NCBI GenBank assembly: GCA_051382305.1
Contig: JBBCAV010000036.1
Span: 1-22,190 of the forward strand
Origin: Bdellovibrionota bacterium FG-2
GTDB lineage: Bacteria > Bdellovibrionota > UBA1018
Reading direction: 5' to 3'
Length of the DNA: 22,190 bases
Shown here: positions 8,737 through 20,139 of the stretch, in pieces
Position numbering within the stretch: the stretch's first letter is position 1
How the letters are laid out: every line of letters begins with the position of its first letter
Notes under the pieces: model-generated
The model's input: only the letters and a program-made list of their open reading frames with translations
The model's database searches: none
Told to the model about the DNA's origin: nothing
Position numbers and translations under genes: made by a program

Positions 8737-9780
8737 TTAGGTTTTAGCAGTAACTGCGGTCGCACTCACCGTTAGGCGATACTGCGTCGGCATCGCAAGC
8801 GGGAGCAGTTGTATCTTGTATGAGACAAGTCCTTGGGCAAACTTGCGACAGGCTTTGTGCTTGATTTCGCGCTCTAACGCTTCAAGCGTTTCTTGATACT
8901 CAGACGATTCATGAGCTTCAACAACCGAAGACTCAAGGGCGGCACTCGCTGAGAACACGCCGATTACTTTAAACTCAGGCAACTCAGGGAGCGTAGCGCT
9001 CGTGGTGATCGGCAAGGAATCGGCTTGAGAGAGGTCGACGTCTGCAACGTAGGTTGACTGCGAAGGCTCATTGTCATTGTCTTGATCACTCATTTGATCG
9101 GAGGGTTCGAGTCTCATTTTTGCGGTGGAGCCTCGAAGTGCCTGCACCAGCAAAACGCCCGCGTATTCACTAATACGAGGAATCAAAATGCGGTCTGCTT
9201 CTAGCTGGGGTTCAAGATCGATTTCCCGGAGACCAAAATCCTCACGTGAAATTAATTCCAGAACTTTTTCCTTCTCGGAGGGACTCAGCGCGCCCTCGAT
9301 TCTCAAATTAAAAGGAAATGCAGCTGAGACTTGCGGCTTGACGGAGGAGGCAAGATTCTCCGAAAATTTCCGCACCTGCTTTAGAGCTTCCGGTACTGGG
9401 GTGTCATGCAGGCTTTCGGGCGCGGCTAAAGTCGCGTCAGCTTGTTCCGTGGGGGCCGTAGGCTCAAGTTCGGGGTGCATCTCAAAGGGGGGTGGTTCCG
9501 CAACGGCTGTTTCGGCGTACTCAGCATTCGGGGCCTCTGAGGTTTGAAAATCCGGAAGCTCCAGTGATTCGGCGACTTCGGGGGGCGCTCCTGGGGCCTC
9601 GGAAGGCGGCGGCGAAGTGCGCGAAAGCTCTTCAATGCTTTCAAAATGATCAATGGTTTCAGAAGGGTTTTCTTGCGAAAAAGGCGAGGGCTCAGCGGCG
9701 ATACTCTCTGACGCTTCTAGGGACCGGGTGCGCTTGAGGAGCTCCCCAATTCCGGTGAAGTCGTCTTGCTCAGCTGCCAT
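8737..9780 (-). CDS. Hypothetical protein: acidic Pro/Glu-rich N-terminus and YbjQ/UPF0145-like C-terminal domain
   Basis: Likely start is ATG 9780 (MAAEQDD), overlapping the secA 3' end. The C-terminus ITTSATLP...VIGV....Y...LE.....A...A.G......L.VSATAV resembles YbjQ. Confidence 0.7.
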   Translation of the reverse strand: MAAEQDDFTGIGELLKRTRSLEASESIAAEPSPFSQENPSETIDHFESIEELSRTSPPPSEAPGAPPEVAESLELPDFQTSEAPNAEYAETAVAEPPPFEMHPELEPTAPTEQADATLAAPESLHDTPVPEALKQVRKFSENLASSVKPQVSAAFPFNLRIEGALSPSEKEKVLELISREDFGLREIDLEPQLEADRILIPRISEYAGVLLVQALRGSTAKMRLEPSDQMSDQDNDNEPSQSTYVADVDLSQADSLPITTSATLPELPEFKVIGVFSASAALESSVVEAHESSEYQETLEALEREIKHKACRKFAQGLVSYKIQLLPLAMPTQYRLTVSATAVTAKT

Positions 9781-12673
9781 GGCACTTCTTGTACTTCTTG
9801 CCACTGCCGCAAGGGCAGGGGTCGTTACGTCCGGCTTTTTCCTCGTTTCGGATGGGGCTCATTTGTTGAACGGGCTGCGCGGGCGCAGCACCGGGTCCTG
9901 CAGGCATTGGCCCGCGGGAAAGATTCATCTGCTTGGGGCCCTTCAGCATATGTGATAAATCAAGGGGCGGACCCGAAGGTCCGCGCGTGGGCGCGGCTGA
10001 AGCCGCGACCGGGCTGGGCCCAGCGCCCGCCGAAGGGCCAGCAGATGCAACAAGCGAGCCATCGTCTGTCAAATTGTATTTCATTTGAGGGGCGCGTATC
10101 GGAGCGTGTTCAGCCTCACTTTGTTCGTCTTCGGCCTCATCATATTCGCCCTCAAGCTCATTTTGTGAGGGGGCGACTTGCACGGCGAAAAGTTTACGAA
10201 CCACATCGCCGGTGATTTGGTTCATCATCATTGAGAAGAAGCGAAATCCGCCCTTTTTGTATTCCACAAGGGGATCTTTTTGGCCATATCCTTGAAGTCC
10301 AATCCCTTCTCGTAAATGGTCCATCGCCAAAAGATGATCTTTCCAGAGCTGATCGATCGTAGTGAGGAGAATCATTTTTTCCACCTGCCTCATCATAGAA
10401 GGGAACAGGCTCTCTTCTTTTCTGCGGTAAGCGGCTTCGGCATATTTGATGATGAGTTTTTTCAAACCCTGGTCGTTAAATGGGACGATGTCTTTTTCGT
10501 AAATATCCGCATCAAGCTGAAACGTCACCCGGATGGCATCGGTGAGTTCTTGCCGATCCAGATAAGGCGCGCCGCCAGTCTTCTTGAGTTTGCCGTTGGG
10601 GAAAAACTCCCCTGCAATTGCCGTGGCGAGTTCCTCAACCATGGAAAAGACCATTTCGTAAAGCGATTCACGGCCTAGCACTTCGCGTCGCCATGTATAG
10701 ACGACTTTGCGCTGTTGGTTCATGACGTCATCGTATTCAAGCAGATGCTTACGAATATCGTAGTTATGAGCCTCGACCTTGGTCTGAGCGTTGGCAATAC
10801 TCTTGGTAATCCAGCGATGCTCAATCGGAAGATCTTCTTCCATGAAGCGTGCAATATTGACACTGCCGAAAATTCGCATCAGATCATCATCTAATGACAG
10901 ATAAAATCGACTCTCGCCCGGGTCGCCTTGGCGTCCGGCACGGCCCCTCAATTGATTGTCGATTCGGCGAGATTCATGGCGCTCGGTGCCCAAGATGAAA
11001 AGGCCGCCGTTTTTCTTGACTTCCTCGCGCTCGGCGGCGCACTTGTCTTGCCACTTTTTTAGCGACGCAACGTAGGTCTTTTCGTGGTCAGCTTTTTCTT
11101 CATCCGTTGCACCTGAGGCGAGGGGCCCGACTTCGGATTTAGCCAAAAACTCGGGATTACCACCTAAGAGAATATCGGTTCCTCGCCCGGCCATGTTTGT
11201 GGAGATCGTCACCGCGCTCTTGCGACCGGCTTGGGCAACGATATCGGCTTCACGATCGTGCTGTTTGGCGTTGAGAACGTGGTGCTTGACGCCTTCTTTT
11301 TTCAGAACTGCTGCGAGTTTCTCTGATTTATCGACGGAGATCGTTCCAACGAGTACCGGCTGGCCCTTTTCTTGGAGGCGTTTGATGTCCGTGAGAATCG
11401 CCTTGATTTTGCTGGCTTCGGATTTATAAATCACGTCCGGCTGATCCACGCGAATCATGGGGCGGTTGGTGGGAATAACCGTGACATCAAGTTTGTAGAT
11501 TTGCTTAAACTCCGTAGCTTCGGTGTCGGCGGTCCCAGTCATGCCCGCGAGCTTTTTATACATTCGGAAATAATTCTGAAATGTAATGGTGGCGAGCGTC
11601 TGATTTTCGTTTTCAATATTGACGTCTTCTTTGGCCTCAATGGCTTGATGAAGTCCATCCGACCAGCGTCGTCCGGGCATGAGGCGGCCGGTGAATTCGT
11701 CTACGATCATCACTTCGCCCTCTTTGACCACGTAATCGACGTCGCGCTTAAAGAGAACATGCGCACGCAAGGCTTGGTTGACGTGATGAAGGAGCTCAAT
11801 GTTGGTGGGGTCGTATAGATTGGCGACTCGGAGGCGTTTCTCCATCTTGTCCACGCCCGCTTCCGAGAGCGAAGCAGTCTTGGATTTTTCATCCACTGTG
11901 TAGTCTACCTCTTTCGTGAGGCCGCCGTCATGACCAATTTGTTTATCAATCTCGTAATACAAATCCGTAGAATCTTCAGTGGGACCGCTGATAATAAGCG
12001 GTGTTCGCGCTTCATCAATTAAGATGGAGTCCACTTCGTCGACGAGGGCGAAGTGAAGGTCGCGTTGGACGTAGTCTTCTAACCGAAACTTCATGTTGTC
12101 GCGCAGATAATCAAAACCAAACTCATTATTGGTTCCATAGGTGATGTCGGCGCCGTAGTTCTTTTGCCTTTGGGCATCGCTTAAACCATGTACGATAATC
12201 CCGACAGAGAGGCCTAAGAAGTTATGAACTTGTCCCATCCAGGCGGAATCTCGGCGGGCCAAATAATCGTTGACGGTGATCACATGTACGCCTTTGCCTA
12301 AAAGCCCGTTGGCGTAACAAGGGAGGGTCGCGACCAAGGTTTTACCTTCTCCCGTTCGCATTTCCGCAATTCGTCCGCGATGAAGGGTGATGCCGCCAAT
12401 GAGCTGGGCGTCATAATGCCGCTGGCCGATGGTACGCCAAGCGGCTTCGCGAACCACGGCAAAGGTTTCAGGGATCATTTGATCCAGCGGCTCGCCGCGT
12501 GCGAGTCGTTCTTTGAATTCCGCGGTTTTGGCTTGCAGCTCGGGGTTGGAAAGCGGCTTAATCTTCGCTTCAAATTCGTTGATCTTTACGATGATCGGTT
12601 GAATGAATTTTAGCTCACGGTCGTTTTGGGTGCCAAAGATTTTTTTTACGAGATTTTCTAGTCCGCTCTTCAT
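9770..12673 (-). CDS. secA: Preprotein translocase ATPase SecA
   Basis: [55 protein letters not shown] and C-terminal SEC-C motif [19 protein letters not shown]. Confidence 0.99.
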   Translation of the reverse strand: MKSGLENLVKKIFGTQNDRELKFIQPIIVKINEFEAKIKPLSNPELQAKTAEFKERLARGEPLDQMIPETFAVVREAAWRTIGQRHYDAQLIGGITLHRGRIAEMRTGEGKTLVATLPCYANGLLGKGVHVITVNDYLARRDSAWMGQVHNFLGLSVGIIVHGLSDAQRQKNYGADITYGTNNEFGFDYLRDNMKFRLEDYVQRDLHFALVDEVDSILIDEARTPLIISGPTEDSTDLYYEIDKQIGHDGGLTKEVDYTVDEKSKTASLSEAGVDKMEKRLRVANLYDPTNIELLHHVNQALRAHVLFKRDVDYVVKEGEVMIVDEFTGRLMPGRRWSDGLHQAIEAKEDVNIENENQTLATITFQNYFRMYKKLAGMTGTADTEATEFKQIYKLDVTVIPTNRPMIRVDQPDVIYKSEASKIKAILTDIKRLQEKGQPVLVGTISVDKSEKLAAVLKKEGVKHHVLNAKQHDREADIVAQAGRKSAVTISTNMAGRGTDILLGGNPEFLAKSEVGPLASGATDEEKADHEKTYVASLKKWQDKCAAEREEVKKNGGLFILGTERHESRRIDNQLRGRAGRQGDPGESRFYLSLDDDLMRIFGSVNIARFMEEDLPIEHRWITKSIANAQTKVEAHNYDIRKHLLEYDDVMNQQRKVVYTWRREVLGRESLYEMVFSMVEELATAIAGEFFPNGKLKKTGGAPYLDRQELTDAIRVTFQLDADIYEKDIVPFNDQGLKKLIIKYAEAAYRRKEESLFPSMMRQVEKMILLTTIDQLWKDHLLAMDHLREGIGLQGYGQKDPLVEYKKGGFRFFSMMMNQITGDVVRKLFAVQVAPSQNELEGEYDEAEDEQSEAEHAPIRAPQMKYNLTDDGSLVASAGPSAGAGPSPVAASAAPTRGPSGPPLDLSHMLKGPKQMNLSRGPMPAGPGAAPAQPVQQMSPIRNEEKAGRNDPCPCGSGKKYKKCHGS

Positions 12674-12699
12674 AGGGTGCCCAGTTTCTTTCTTTACGC

Positions 12700-13683
12700 T
12701 TAGTTTTCTAAAATGTAAGACAAGGGGTCAACGGGCCATCCGTTGACACGAACTTCGTAATGCACATGGGGCCCCGTCGAACGACCACTGTTTCCCAATA
12801 ATGAGATGACATCCCCACGCCTGACTTTCTGTCCACGAGTTACCACGATCTTACGGTTGTGACCATACCATGTTTCAACGCCATAGCCGTGGTCGATCAC
12901 TACGGTATTGCCATAACCTGCTTTGAGTTCCGCAAAAGTAACGACGCCATCCGCCGGGGCTCGAATGGACGTTCCGATGCGATTTGCAATATCAAGGCCC
13001 TCATGCATTTTGACGCGGCCGCCATAGGGGGATTTTCGAATTCCAAAGCCCGAAGTGAAATATCCAATAGCGGGTTTTCGGGTCGGGACTGCGGCTAAGA
13101 AGGATTTTTGGTCCGTCAGGAGTTCGTATTCGTCTTGCAGCATCTGCTCGACATACAGTGCTTCACGGTGGGTTTGCGAAAACTGTTCGTCGAGACGTTC
13201 ATATTCTTTGCGCAATTGAATATCTTCGGGGTTCCTTGAGTCAGATGGGGGTTGGGAAGCTGCGAGGGTGTTGGTGGCTTCACTCGGGGGCATCTCTTTG
13301 GGCGTCTGCCCAATGTTGGACTGGGCTTCAGGAAGTTTGCCATTGAGGCTTTGGAGTAGGCTTCCTCGATCTTCGATGTTGGTGATGACTTTGAGGCGAG
13401 TGGCAAAAGTTTTAACCCGCTCCATGGTCGCTTCGACCGTGGTCATCTTGTTTTTGAAAACTTGCACCTGCTGGCGCAGTCGGCGATTCTCCATTTTGAG
13501 CTGCTTGTTTTCGTTGATTTGATTCATGACGTACCAATAGTTCAAAATCATTACGAGCCCGAGTAGTGATAAGAAACCGACGCCGACGGCGGCGCCCCGG
13601 AGGAGCCAGGCGGGCATGACGATTTTGCGCACCCGCGAGGTTTTTTCGGGAACAAGCATGAGCGTGTAGAAACGATTAGCCAT
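12700..13683 (-). CDS. M23-family metallopeptidase with N-terminal TM and coiled coil
   Basis: HEGLD and [10 protein letters not shown] zinc motifs. The start is reassigned to ATG 13683 (MANRFY) on its GGAG RBS and overlap with the upstream stop. Confidence 0.93.
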   Translation of the reverse strand: MANRFYTLMLVPEKTSRVRKIVMPAWLLRGAAVGVGFLSLLGLVMILNYWYVMNQINENKQLKMENRRLRQQVQVFKNKMTTVEATMERVKTFATRLKVITNIEDRGSLLQSLNGKLPEAQSNIGQTPKEMPPSEATNTLAASQPPSDSRNPEDIQLRKEYERLDEQFSQTHREALYVEQMLQDEYELLTDQKSFLAAVPTRKPAIGYFTSGFGIRKSPYGGRVKMHEGLDIANRIGTSIRAPADGVVTFAELKAGYGNTVVIDHGYGVETWYGHNRKIVVTRGQKVRRGDVISLLGNSGRSTGPHVHYEVRVNGWPVDPLSYILEN

Positions 13684-14458
13684 GGGGGTACTCCGTAAGT
13701 TGCACGAGGACTGCTGAAACGTTGTCGTCTCCGCCGCGGTCATTTGCCGCATCAATGAGGGCTTGTAGCGCATCTGGGATGGAGGGGGGGCGGTCGTGAT
13801 CGCCTTGAGCGCTGGCCTCTTGAAAAAGGTGGGGCGAGAGGATTTCAAGAATTTCGGCGTCTTCGATCATTCCGGTGAGGCCATCGGAGCAGATGAGAAA
13901 AAAGTCTTTAGGGCTGGGGGTCATCTCAAAAAGTTCGACAGAAATCTGTTTCTCATAGCCCACGGAGCGTGTGATGACATTTTTCATGCGATCAGTTCTG
14001 AGTGCCTCACGCGTAATGAGTCCGGCCCGAAGTTTTTCTTGCACCAAGGAATGATCGCGCGTGAGCTGCCAAATCGCGCCACGCCTGAGCATATAGCATC
14101 GCGAATCCCCCACTTGTCCAATGGCTAATTGGGGAGGTTTGAAGAGAAGGGCAGTGGCGGTGGTTCCCATTCCCCTGAGCGAGTCTTCGAGACAGGCGCG
14201 TTCAAAGATTTCTGAATTTGCTTCTTCAATCGCCGATCGAAGAACCTGCTTGGGTTCCCATTCGGAGCCCTGGGAATTCGCTCTCACGTTCTTGGCAATG
14301 ACCTCAACGGCCATTGAACTTGCGATTTCGCCGCCACTATGGCCCCCCATTCCATCGGCCACAATGAACAGGCCTAGATGAGGGTCCCCAAAGATCGAAT
14401 CCTGGTTTTTGGCTCGCTTTCGACCAATGTCGGTTTGAATTTCAAAGTTGTAGGTCAT
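13676..14458 (-). CDS. PP2C-type Ser/Thr phosphatase (Stp1/PrpC family)
   Basis: TDIGRKR..NQD, VADGMGG, MGTT, VGDSR, DHS, CSDG and GGDDN motifs. Confidence 0.95.
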   Translation of the reverse strand: MTYNFEIQTDIGRKRAKNQDSIFGDPHLGLFIVADGMGGHSGGEIASSMAVEVIAKNVRANSQGSEWEPKQVLRSAIEEANSEIFERACLEDSLRGMGTTATALLFKPPQLAIGQVGDSRCYMLRRGAIWQLTRDHSLVQEKLRAGLITREALRTDRMKNVITRSVGYEKQISVELFEMTPSPKDFFLICSDGLTGMIEDAEILEILSPHLFQEASAQGDHDRPPSIPDALQALIDAANDRGGDDNVSAVLVQLTEYPHG

Positions 14459-14625
14459 GACTTTGGTATAGAGTAAGCCGACCTGGGACAGGACTCAAGT
14501 TTTCTATAACGGGTTCTTTACATTTACAAATCTTTGACGCTAAAATGGAAAGCAGTAAGAGTTCGAGATGGACGAGGGTCTATCTCAGGGAAAGCTCTAA
14601 GTAGATCGCAAGGAAGGCGGACCTC
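14459..14625. promoter_or_regulatory. Divergent promoter region between the phosphatase-secA operon and the prkA operon
   Basis: 167-bp intergenic region. Candidate + strand TTTACA(14517)-N18-TAAAAT(14541); candidate - strand TTGAGT-N17-TACTCT; AGGAAGG RBS before prkA. Confidence 0.45.
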
Positions 14626-16710
14626 ATGGCACACACAGAAAAACCACATTCCTGGGAGAAGCTTCTCGGCAATAGTGAGGCTGTTTCGGATTTTCGCAGC
14701 TATCATTGGGAAGGTTCATTTTACGATTACCTTGATATCGTAAAGAAGAATCCCAAAGTCGCACGAAACGCGTTTCAACGCATGTATGACATGGTTCTCA
14801 CCTGGGGCACGGAGTCCTATGTGGAGTATAAGAAGAATATCATTCGCTATAAGTTTTTTGACGATCCGATTGATCATGGAAAAGACGCCGTTTTTGGTCT
14901 CGATGTCCCTTTGATGAAGTTGGTTCATTTTTTCAAATCTGCCGCTTTTGGTTATGGCACTGAAAAGCGTGTTCTTTTGCTTCATGGACCTGTGGGTTCG
15001 GCTAAATCGACGATCGCACGCCTGCTGAAAAAAGGGGTAGAGCGTTATTCGCGGACTGACGAAGGAGTACTTTATACTTTTCGTTGGGTGGATACGGCAG
15101 GAAACCCTGACAAAGTACTTGGCACTTCAACCGAAATGATTTGTCCCATGCATGAGGAACCGCTGAAGTTGGTTCCTGAGGAAATGCGTGAAGGGTTTGT
15201 TGAAGAACTCAATAAAGGCCACAAAAAAGAGTACAAAGTCGCAATCACGGGGGATTTGTGTCCAGCTTGTCGCTATGTTCAGCGTGAGTTCATGCGCCGG
15301 TATCAGGGCGATGTTCAAAAAGTTCTTCAACACGTAAAAGTCACGCGTTTGCTGCTCTCGGAGAGGGATCGGGTAGGCGTGGGGACGTTTCAACCCAAAG
15401 ACGAAAAAAATCAGGACTCCACTGAGCTCACCGGTGATATCAACTACCGGAAAATCGCCGAGTATGGTTCGGATTCGGATCCTCGGGCGTTTAACTTCGA
15501 TGGGGAATTCAATATCGCCAATCGCGGCGTGGTCGAATTTATTGAGGTGCTCAAGCTTGATGTGGCCTTCTTGTACGATTTGCTCGGGGCTTCGCAAGAA
15601 CACAAGATTAAGCCCAAAAAGTTTCCGCAAACGGACATTGACGAAGTGATCATTGGACACACCAATGAGCCTGAGTTTAAGAAGTTGCAGAATAACGAGT
15701 TCATGGAGGCATTAAGGGATAGAACCGTAAAGATTGACGTGCCTTACATCACAAAGTTAAAGCAAGAAGTTAAGATCTACGAGAAGGATTTTAACTCCAA
15801 TAAGATTAAGGGCAAGCACATTGCGCCTCATACGATTGAGGTCGCTGCGATGTGGGCGATTATGACAAGGCTTGAGGTTCCTAAAAAGGCGAACCTCTCG
15901 ATGCTTCAAAAGCTCAAGCTCTATGATGGCAAAAGCCTCACGGGTTATACCGAAGATAATGTCAAAGAGCTGCGCAAAGAAGCTGTGCGCGAGGGGTTAG
16001 ATGGAATTTCGCCTCGTTATGTTCAAGATAAAATCTCAAACGCCCTGGTCAGTGACAAGAGCGGTGAGGTGGGTTGCGTGAACCCCTTCATGGTAATGAA
16101 CGAATTGGACGGCGGACTAAAGCACCATGCCTTAGTGGGCAGCGATGAAAAGCGTAGAGAGTATCGCGAGCTTCTCGGCGTCATTAAACAAGAGTACGAA
16201 GACATCGTGAAGAACGAAGTGCAGCGCGCGATTTCGGCCGATGAAGATGCTATTGGCAAATTGTGTGCGAACTACATCGACAACATCAAGGCTTATACGC
16301 AGCGTGAAAAAGTGCGTAACAAATACACCGGCCAAGATGAGGAGCCTGATGAGAGACTGATGCGCTCGATTGAAGAAAAGATCGAAGTGGCGGAATCTCG
16401 CAAGGACGATTTCAGGCGCGAGATCATGAATTATATCGGAGCGCTGGCGATCGAAGGCAAAACCTTTGATTATCGCACCAATGAGCGTCTGCATAAGGCG
16501 CTTGAGCTGAAATTGTTTGAAGACCAAAAAGATACGATCAAGCTCACGTCGCTCGTGTCCAACGTCGTGGATCGTGCGACCCAGGAGAAGATTGATATTG
16601 TCAAATCCAGGTTGATCAAGAACTATGGATATTGCGAAATCTGCTCTACCGATGTGCTTAATTTCGTAGCCAGCATCTTTGCCCGCGGAGATGTGAAGAA
16701 ACGGCAGTAG
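14626..16710 (+). CDS. prkA: PrkA/YeaG-family AAA+ serine protein kinase
   Basis: Walker [50 protein letters not shown]. Confidence 0.96.
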   Translation: MAHTEKPHSWEKLLGNSEAVSDFRSYHWEGSFYDYLDIVKKNPKVARNAFQRMYDMVLTWGTESYVEYKKNIIRYKFFDDPIDHGKDAVFGLDVPLMKLVHFFKSAAFGYGTEKRVLLLHGPVGSAKSTIARLLKKGVERYSRTDEGVLYTFRWVDTAGNPDKVLGTSTEMICPMHEEPLKLVPEEMREGFVEELNKGHKKEYKVAITGDLCPACRYVQREFMRRYQGDVQKVLQHVKVTRLLLSERDRVGVGTFQPKDEKNQDSTELTGDINYRKIAEYGSDSDPRAFNFDGEFNIANRGVVEFIEVLKLDVAFLYDLLGASQEHKIKPKKFPQTDIDEVIIGHTNEPEFKKLQNNEFMEALRDRTVKIDVPYITKLKQEVKIYEKDFNSNKIKGKHIAPHTIEVAAMWAIMTRLEVPKKANLSMLQKLKLYDGKSLTGYTEDNVKELRKEAVREGLDGISPRYVQDKISNALVSDKSGEVGCVNPFMVMNELDGGLKHHALVGSDEKRREYRELLGVIKQEYEDIVKNEVQRAISADEDAIGKLCANYIDNIKAYTQREKVRNKYTGQDEEPDERLMRSIEEKIEVAESRKDDFRREIMNYIGALAIEGKTFDYRTNERLHKALELKLFEDQKDTIKLTSLVSNVVDRATQEKIDIVKSRLIKNYGYCEICSTDVLNFVASIFARGDVKKRQ

Positions 16711-16717
16711 CAAAAAT

Positions 16718-17827
16718 ATGATCTATTCGATCAAAAGAGATCACGCACGCTTTCGAGCGATCGTTAAGGGTAAGATCAAGCAGGATCTTAAGAAGTACGT
16801 GACCCATGGTGAAATGATCGGTCGAAAAGGCAAGGATCGTGTGACGATTCCTGTGCCTCAAATTGAAATTCCGCGCTTTCGTTTTGGCGACAAAGAGCAA
16901 GGGGGCGTGGGACAAGGCGAGGGGAACCCGGGCGATCCCGTAGGCCAGGGCGATCCGCAAGACGGTCAAGGCGAAGCCGGCAATCAAGAAGGCTCGCATG
17001 ATCTGGAAGTGGATTTGAGTCTTCAGGAACTCGCCGAGATTTTAGGTGAAGAGCTCGAGTTGCCTAAAATCGAACCGCGGGGCCATAAAACGCTGCGCTC
17101 GAAAACGGAGAAGTACACCGGGATTGCTAATCAGGGCCCCGATTCTTTGCGGCATTTTAAGCGCACGTTCAAAGAAACGTTAAGACGTCAAATTGCGGCG
17201 GGGACTTATAATCCCGATGATCCGCTGATTGTCCCGATTCGTAGGGACATGCGCTATCGTTCCTGGAAAACGGATGTTCGGCATGAGAACGCGGCTGTGA
17301 TCATTTACATGATGGACGTCTCGGGTTCCATGGGCGATGAGCAAAAAGAGATTGTGCGCACCGAAGCGTTTTGGATCGATACGTGGCTGAGATCCCAGTA
17401 TAAAGGGATTGAAACTCGTTACATTATTCACGATGCTACCGCGCGCGAAGTGGATGAAGATACGTTTTTTAAGACGCGTGAATCCGGCGGAACTTTGATT
17501 AGTTCGGCGTACAAATTGTGTGAGAAAATCATTCAAACGGATTATGCCCCCTCGGATTGGAACATCTATCCGTTTCATTTTTCAGACGGCGATAATTGGT
17601 CCGGAGAAGACACGAAGCTTTGTCTGGATTTGATGGAGAAGAGCCTGCTTGGGATGTGTAACGTGTTTTGCTATGGCCAAGTCGAATCGCGTTATGGGTC
17701 GGGGCAATTCTACAAGGATCTCAAAGAGCATTTTGGGGCGAACCATGATTCGGTCTTGCTCTCGAAAATTGAAAACAAAGAAGGCATCCTGCAATCGATT
17801 AAAGATTTTCTAGGCAAAGGGAAATAG
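16718..17827 (+). CDS. yeaH: YeaH/YhbH-family DUF444 (vWA-like) protein
   Basis: [13 protein letters not shown]-like motif, [22 protein letters not shown]; directly downstream of prkA. Confidence 0.93.
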   Translation: MIYSIKRDHARFRAIVKGKIKQDLKKYVTHGEMIGRKGKDRVTIPVPQIEIPRFRFGDKEQGGVGQGEGNPGDPVGQGDPQDGQGEAGNQEGSHDLEVDLSLQELAEILGEELELPKIEPRGHKTLRSKTEKYTGIANQGPDSLRHFKRTFKETLRRQIAAGTYNPDDPLIVPIRRDMRYRSWKTDVRHENAAVIIYMMDVSGSMGDEQKEIVRTEAFWIDTWLRSQYKGIETRYIIHDATAREVDEDTFFKTRESGGTLISSAYKLCEKIIQTDYAPSDWNIYPFHFSDGDNWSGEDTKLCLDLMEKSLLGMCNVFCYGQVESRYGSGQFYKDLKEHFGANHDSVLLSKIENKEGILQSIKDFLGKGK

Positions 17828-17841
17828 GGGAGAGTAGCGAA

Positions 17842-19404
17842 ATGAGCTTAGGCACTTCTTTAGATACGGCGCTCACCCCGGAACTCTCAAAAGTTCGTGA
17901 TCAAATTCGAAGATATGCGGAGGATTACGGGTTAGATTTCTTTGAAACGATCTTTGAAATGATTGATTACGAGCAAATGAACTCCTTTGCGGCCTTAGGC
18001 GGTTTCCCCGTTCGCTACCCCCATTGGCGCTTTGGAATGGACTACGATCAATTGTCCAAAGGCTACAAATGGGGTCTGCAAAAGATCTATGAGATGGTGA
18101 TCAATACGGACCCTTCGTATGCGTATCTCATGAAGTCCAACAATCTCGTGGACCAAAAAACCGTGATTGCGCATGTGTATGGGCACGTGGATTTTTTCAA
18201 AAACAATCAGTGGTTTTCCAAAACCAATCGCAAAATGTTAGACACGATGGCGAACCACGCGGTTAGGATCCGCGAGATCATGGATCGGGTCGGGCAAGAT
18301 ACGTGCGAGGCTTTTATTGATCGCTGCTTGAGCATTGAGGGCATGATTGATCCCTATTTGCCTTTTTCGCGGCCCGAGGCAGGACCTTCTTATCGGTCTT
18401 CTGCCCGACAAGAAAAAGGGCAAGATGGGCAAAAGAGGCAAGACGGGGGGGCCTCACAATCTCCCGACGCCGCCCAGGAGCCAGGACGACTTAGCGTGGG
18501 CCGGGGATATATGGATCGCTATATTAACCCCCCAGATTTTATTGAAGAGCAGAAAAAGAAGAATGAAGAAAAGGCCAAGCAAAGTAAACGTTATCCAGCG
18601 GAACCTGCCAAAGATATTTTAGCTTTTTTGCTGCAAAATGCGCCCCTTGAGGATTGGGAGCAAGAAGTGCTCACCATTGTGCGCGATGAAGCGTATTATT
18701 TTGCGCCGCAGGGACAAACCAAGATCATGAACGAGGGGTGGGCTTCTTATTGGCACTCGATGATCATGACGAGAAAAGCCTTGAAAGACTCAGAGATCAT
18801 TGATTTTTCAGATCACCATGCGGGCACCATGGCGATGGCGCCGGGGCAGATTAATCCCTATAAGATTGGCATCGAGCTTTTCCGCGATATCGAAGAGCGC
18901 TGGGATAAGGGTCGATTCGGCAAGGAGTATGACGAGTGCGATGATATGCGAGTCAAAGATCGCTGGGATCGCAAATTAGGTTTGGGTCGCCAGAAGATTT
19001 TTGACGTGCGAAAAGCGTGCAACGACGTGACCTTTATTGACGAGTTTCTCACGGAGGAATTTGCACATCGCTTAAAACTCTATACCTACGGGTTTAATCG
19101 TCGGACCAATCAACATGAGATCGTGGATCGGGATTGGAGAAAAGTAAAAGAAAAGCTTCTGTTTCAGCTCACGAATCGGGGGCAACCCTTCATTTATGTG
19201 ACCGATGGTAATTTTCAGAACAAGGGGGAACTCTTACTCTCGCACAAGCATCAGGGTTTGGATTTGGACGTCAAATGGGCGCGCGAGACGATGAAAAACG
19301 TTTCCGAAATCTGGCGCCGTCCCGTCAATGTGGAGACCGAAGTCGAAGGCCAAAAGAAGCTCTATAGCTATCAAAACGGCGAGTTTACGGAACGGTTTCT
19401 ATAG
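17842..19404 (+). CDS. spoVR: SpoVR/YcgB-family protein
   Basis: GGFP.RYPHWRFG, IYEMVIN, AHVYGH.DFFKNN, YF.PQ.QTKIMNEGWASYWH, NPY.IG. Confidence 0.95.
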   Translation: MSLGTSLDTALTPELSKVRDQIRRYAEDYGLDFFETIFEMIDYEQMNSFAALGGFPVRYPHWRFGMDYDQLSKGYKWGLQKIYEMVINTDPSYAYLMKSNNLVDQKTVIAHVYGHVDFFKNNQWFSKTNRKMLDTMANHAVRIREIMDRVGQDTCEAFIDRCLSIEGMIDPYLPFSRPEAGPSYRSSARQEKGQDGQKRQDGGASQSPDAAQEPGRLSVGRGYMDRYINPPDFIEEQKKKNEEKAKQSKRYPAEPAKDILAFLLQNAPLEDWEQEVLTIVRDEAYYFAPQGQTKIMNEGWASYWHSMIMTRKALKDSEIIDFSDHHAGTMAMAPGQINPYKIGIELFRDIEERWDKGRFGKEYDECDDMRVKDRWDRKLGLGRQKIFDVRKACNDVTFIDEFLTEEFAHRLKLYTYGFNRRTNQHEIVDRDWRKVKEKLLFQLTNRGQPFIYVTDGNFQNKGELLLSHKHQGLDLDVKWARETMKNVSEIWRRPVNVETEVEGQKKLYSYQNGEFTERFL

Positions 19405-19422
19405 GTTTTCTTAACGGGAACT

Positions 19423-20102
19423 CTAGAATTCGGCTTCGCACTGCTCGGCATTCTCAATAAAGCGCACCAAAAGATCGATGGTCGCTTTTAAGTCGCCTTT
19501 GTGGATCATCTCGTTAGGGGAGTGGACATAACGAGTCGGCAGCGAGAGCGTGCAGACCAGTCCTTCTCCAAACATTTGCAGGCGGTGGGCATCCGTTCCA
19601 CCAAAGGGGAGAACTTCAAGTTGATTCTTGATCTTGTGCTTCGTCGCGAGCTTTTTCATGAATTCCACAATCCCATGGTTAGAGATTGAGGCCACATCAT
19701 TGATTTTGATCGCTACTCCCACGCCTAGCTTGGTAATTTGCTCATGCTCGGCGACGCCGGGCAGATCCGCTGCGGCCGTCACGTCGAGCGCGATCCCGAT
19801 GTCAGGCGTTACGGCTTGAGCCGCGCAATTGATTCCGCGGATACCCACTTCTTCTTGGGAACTTCCGACGGCATAGACATCGCAAAGGTGTTTGTTGTTA
19901 CGCATTTTAAGCTGTTTCATGGTTTCGGCCACAATGTAGCAGCCGATGCGATTGTCAAACGCCTTAGAAATATAGCACTCGCCTTGCTCAATAAATTCGC
20001 GATCCAAGACAATCATGTCGCCGATTTGAATTGTTGTTCACGGCCCGAGATCGCAGGAGTTGCACAAAGTTCTTTTAGCAGGTTCGCTTGAGGGACGTTC
20101 AT
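19423..20102 (-). pseudogene. M42-family (TET) aminopeptidase with an out-of-frame internal deletion
   Basis: ATG 20102 gives MNVPQANLLKELCATPAISGREQQ, an M42 N-terminus. It joins out of frame to IQIGDMIV...SKAFDNRIG...QEEVG...ALDV...GGTDA...RYVHSP.E. The AHMDE/GG segment is absent. Confidence 0.88.
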
Positions 20103-20110
20103 AGGGTCAC

Positions 20111-20139
20111 ACTCTAGCATGGGGTCGAAAGGATGCCAA
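20111..20139 (-). promoter_or_regulatory. Sigma-70-like promoter giving a (near-)leaderless M42 transcript
   Basis: TTGGCA-N17-TAGAGT with an extended -10 TG, 8 nt from ATG 20102, and no SD sequence. Confidence 0.5.

Noticed and set aside
13684..13848. 55-aa N-terminal extension of the M23 peptidase
   Set aside because: It overlaps the phosphatase coding region, while ATG 13683 has an RBS and a coupled overlap.
15127..16713. Long antisense ORFs inside prkA (also 6004..6573, 11372..11818, 9766..10215)
   Set aside because: They are shadow frames of conserved genes with no recognisable motifs.
16900..17000. Gly/Gln-rich GQGEG/GDP repeats in yeaH as a novel repeat
   Set aside because: This low-complexity linker is a normal feature of DUF444 proteins.
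17842..19404. spoVR and prkA as evidence of endospore formation
   Set aside because: Both families are widespread in non-sporulating Gram-negative bacteria, and no other sporulation genes are present.
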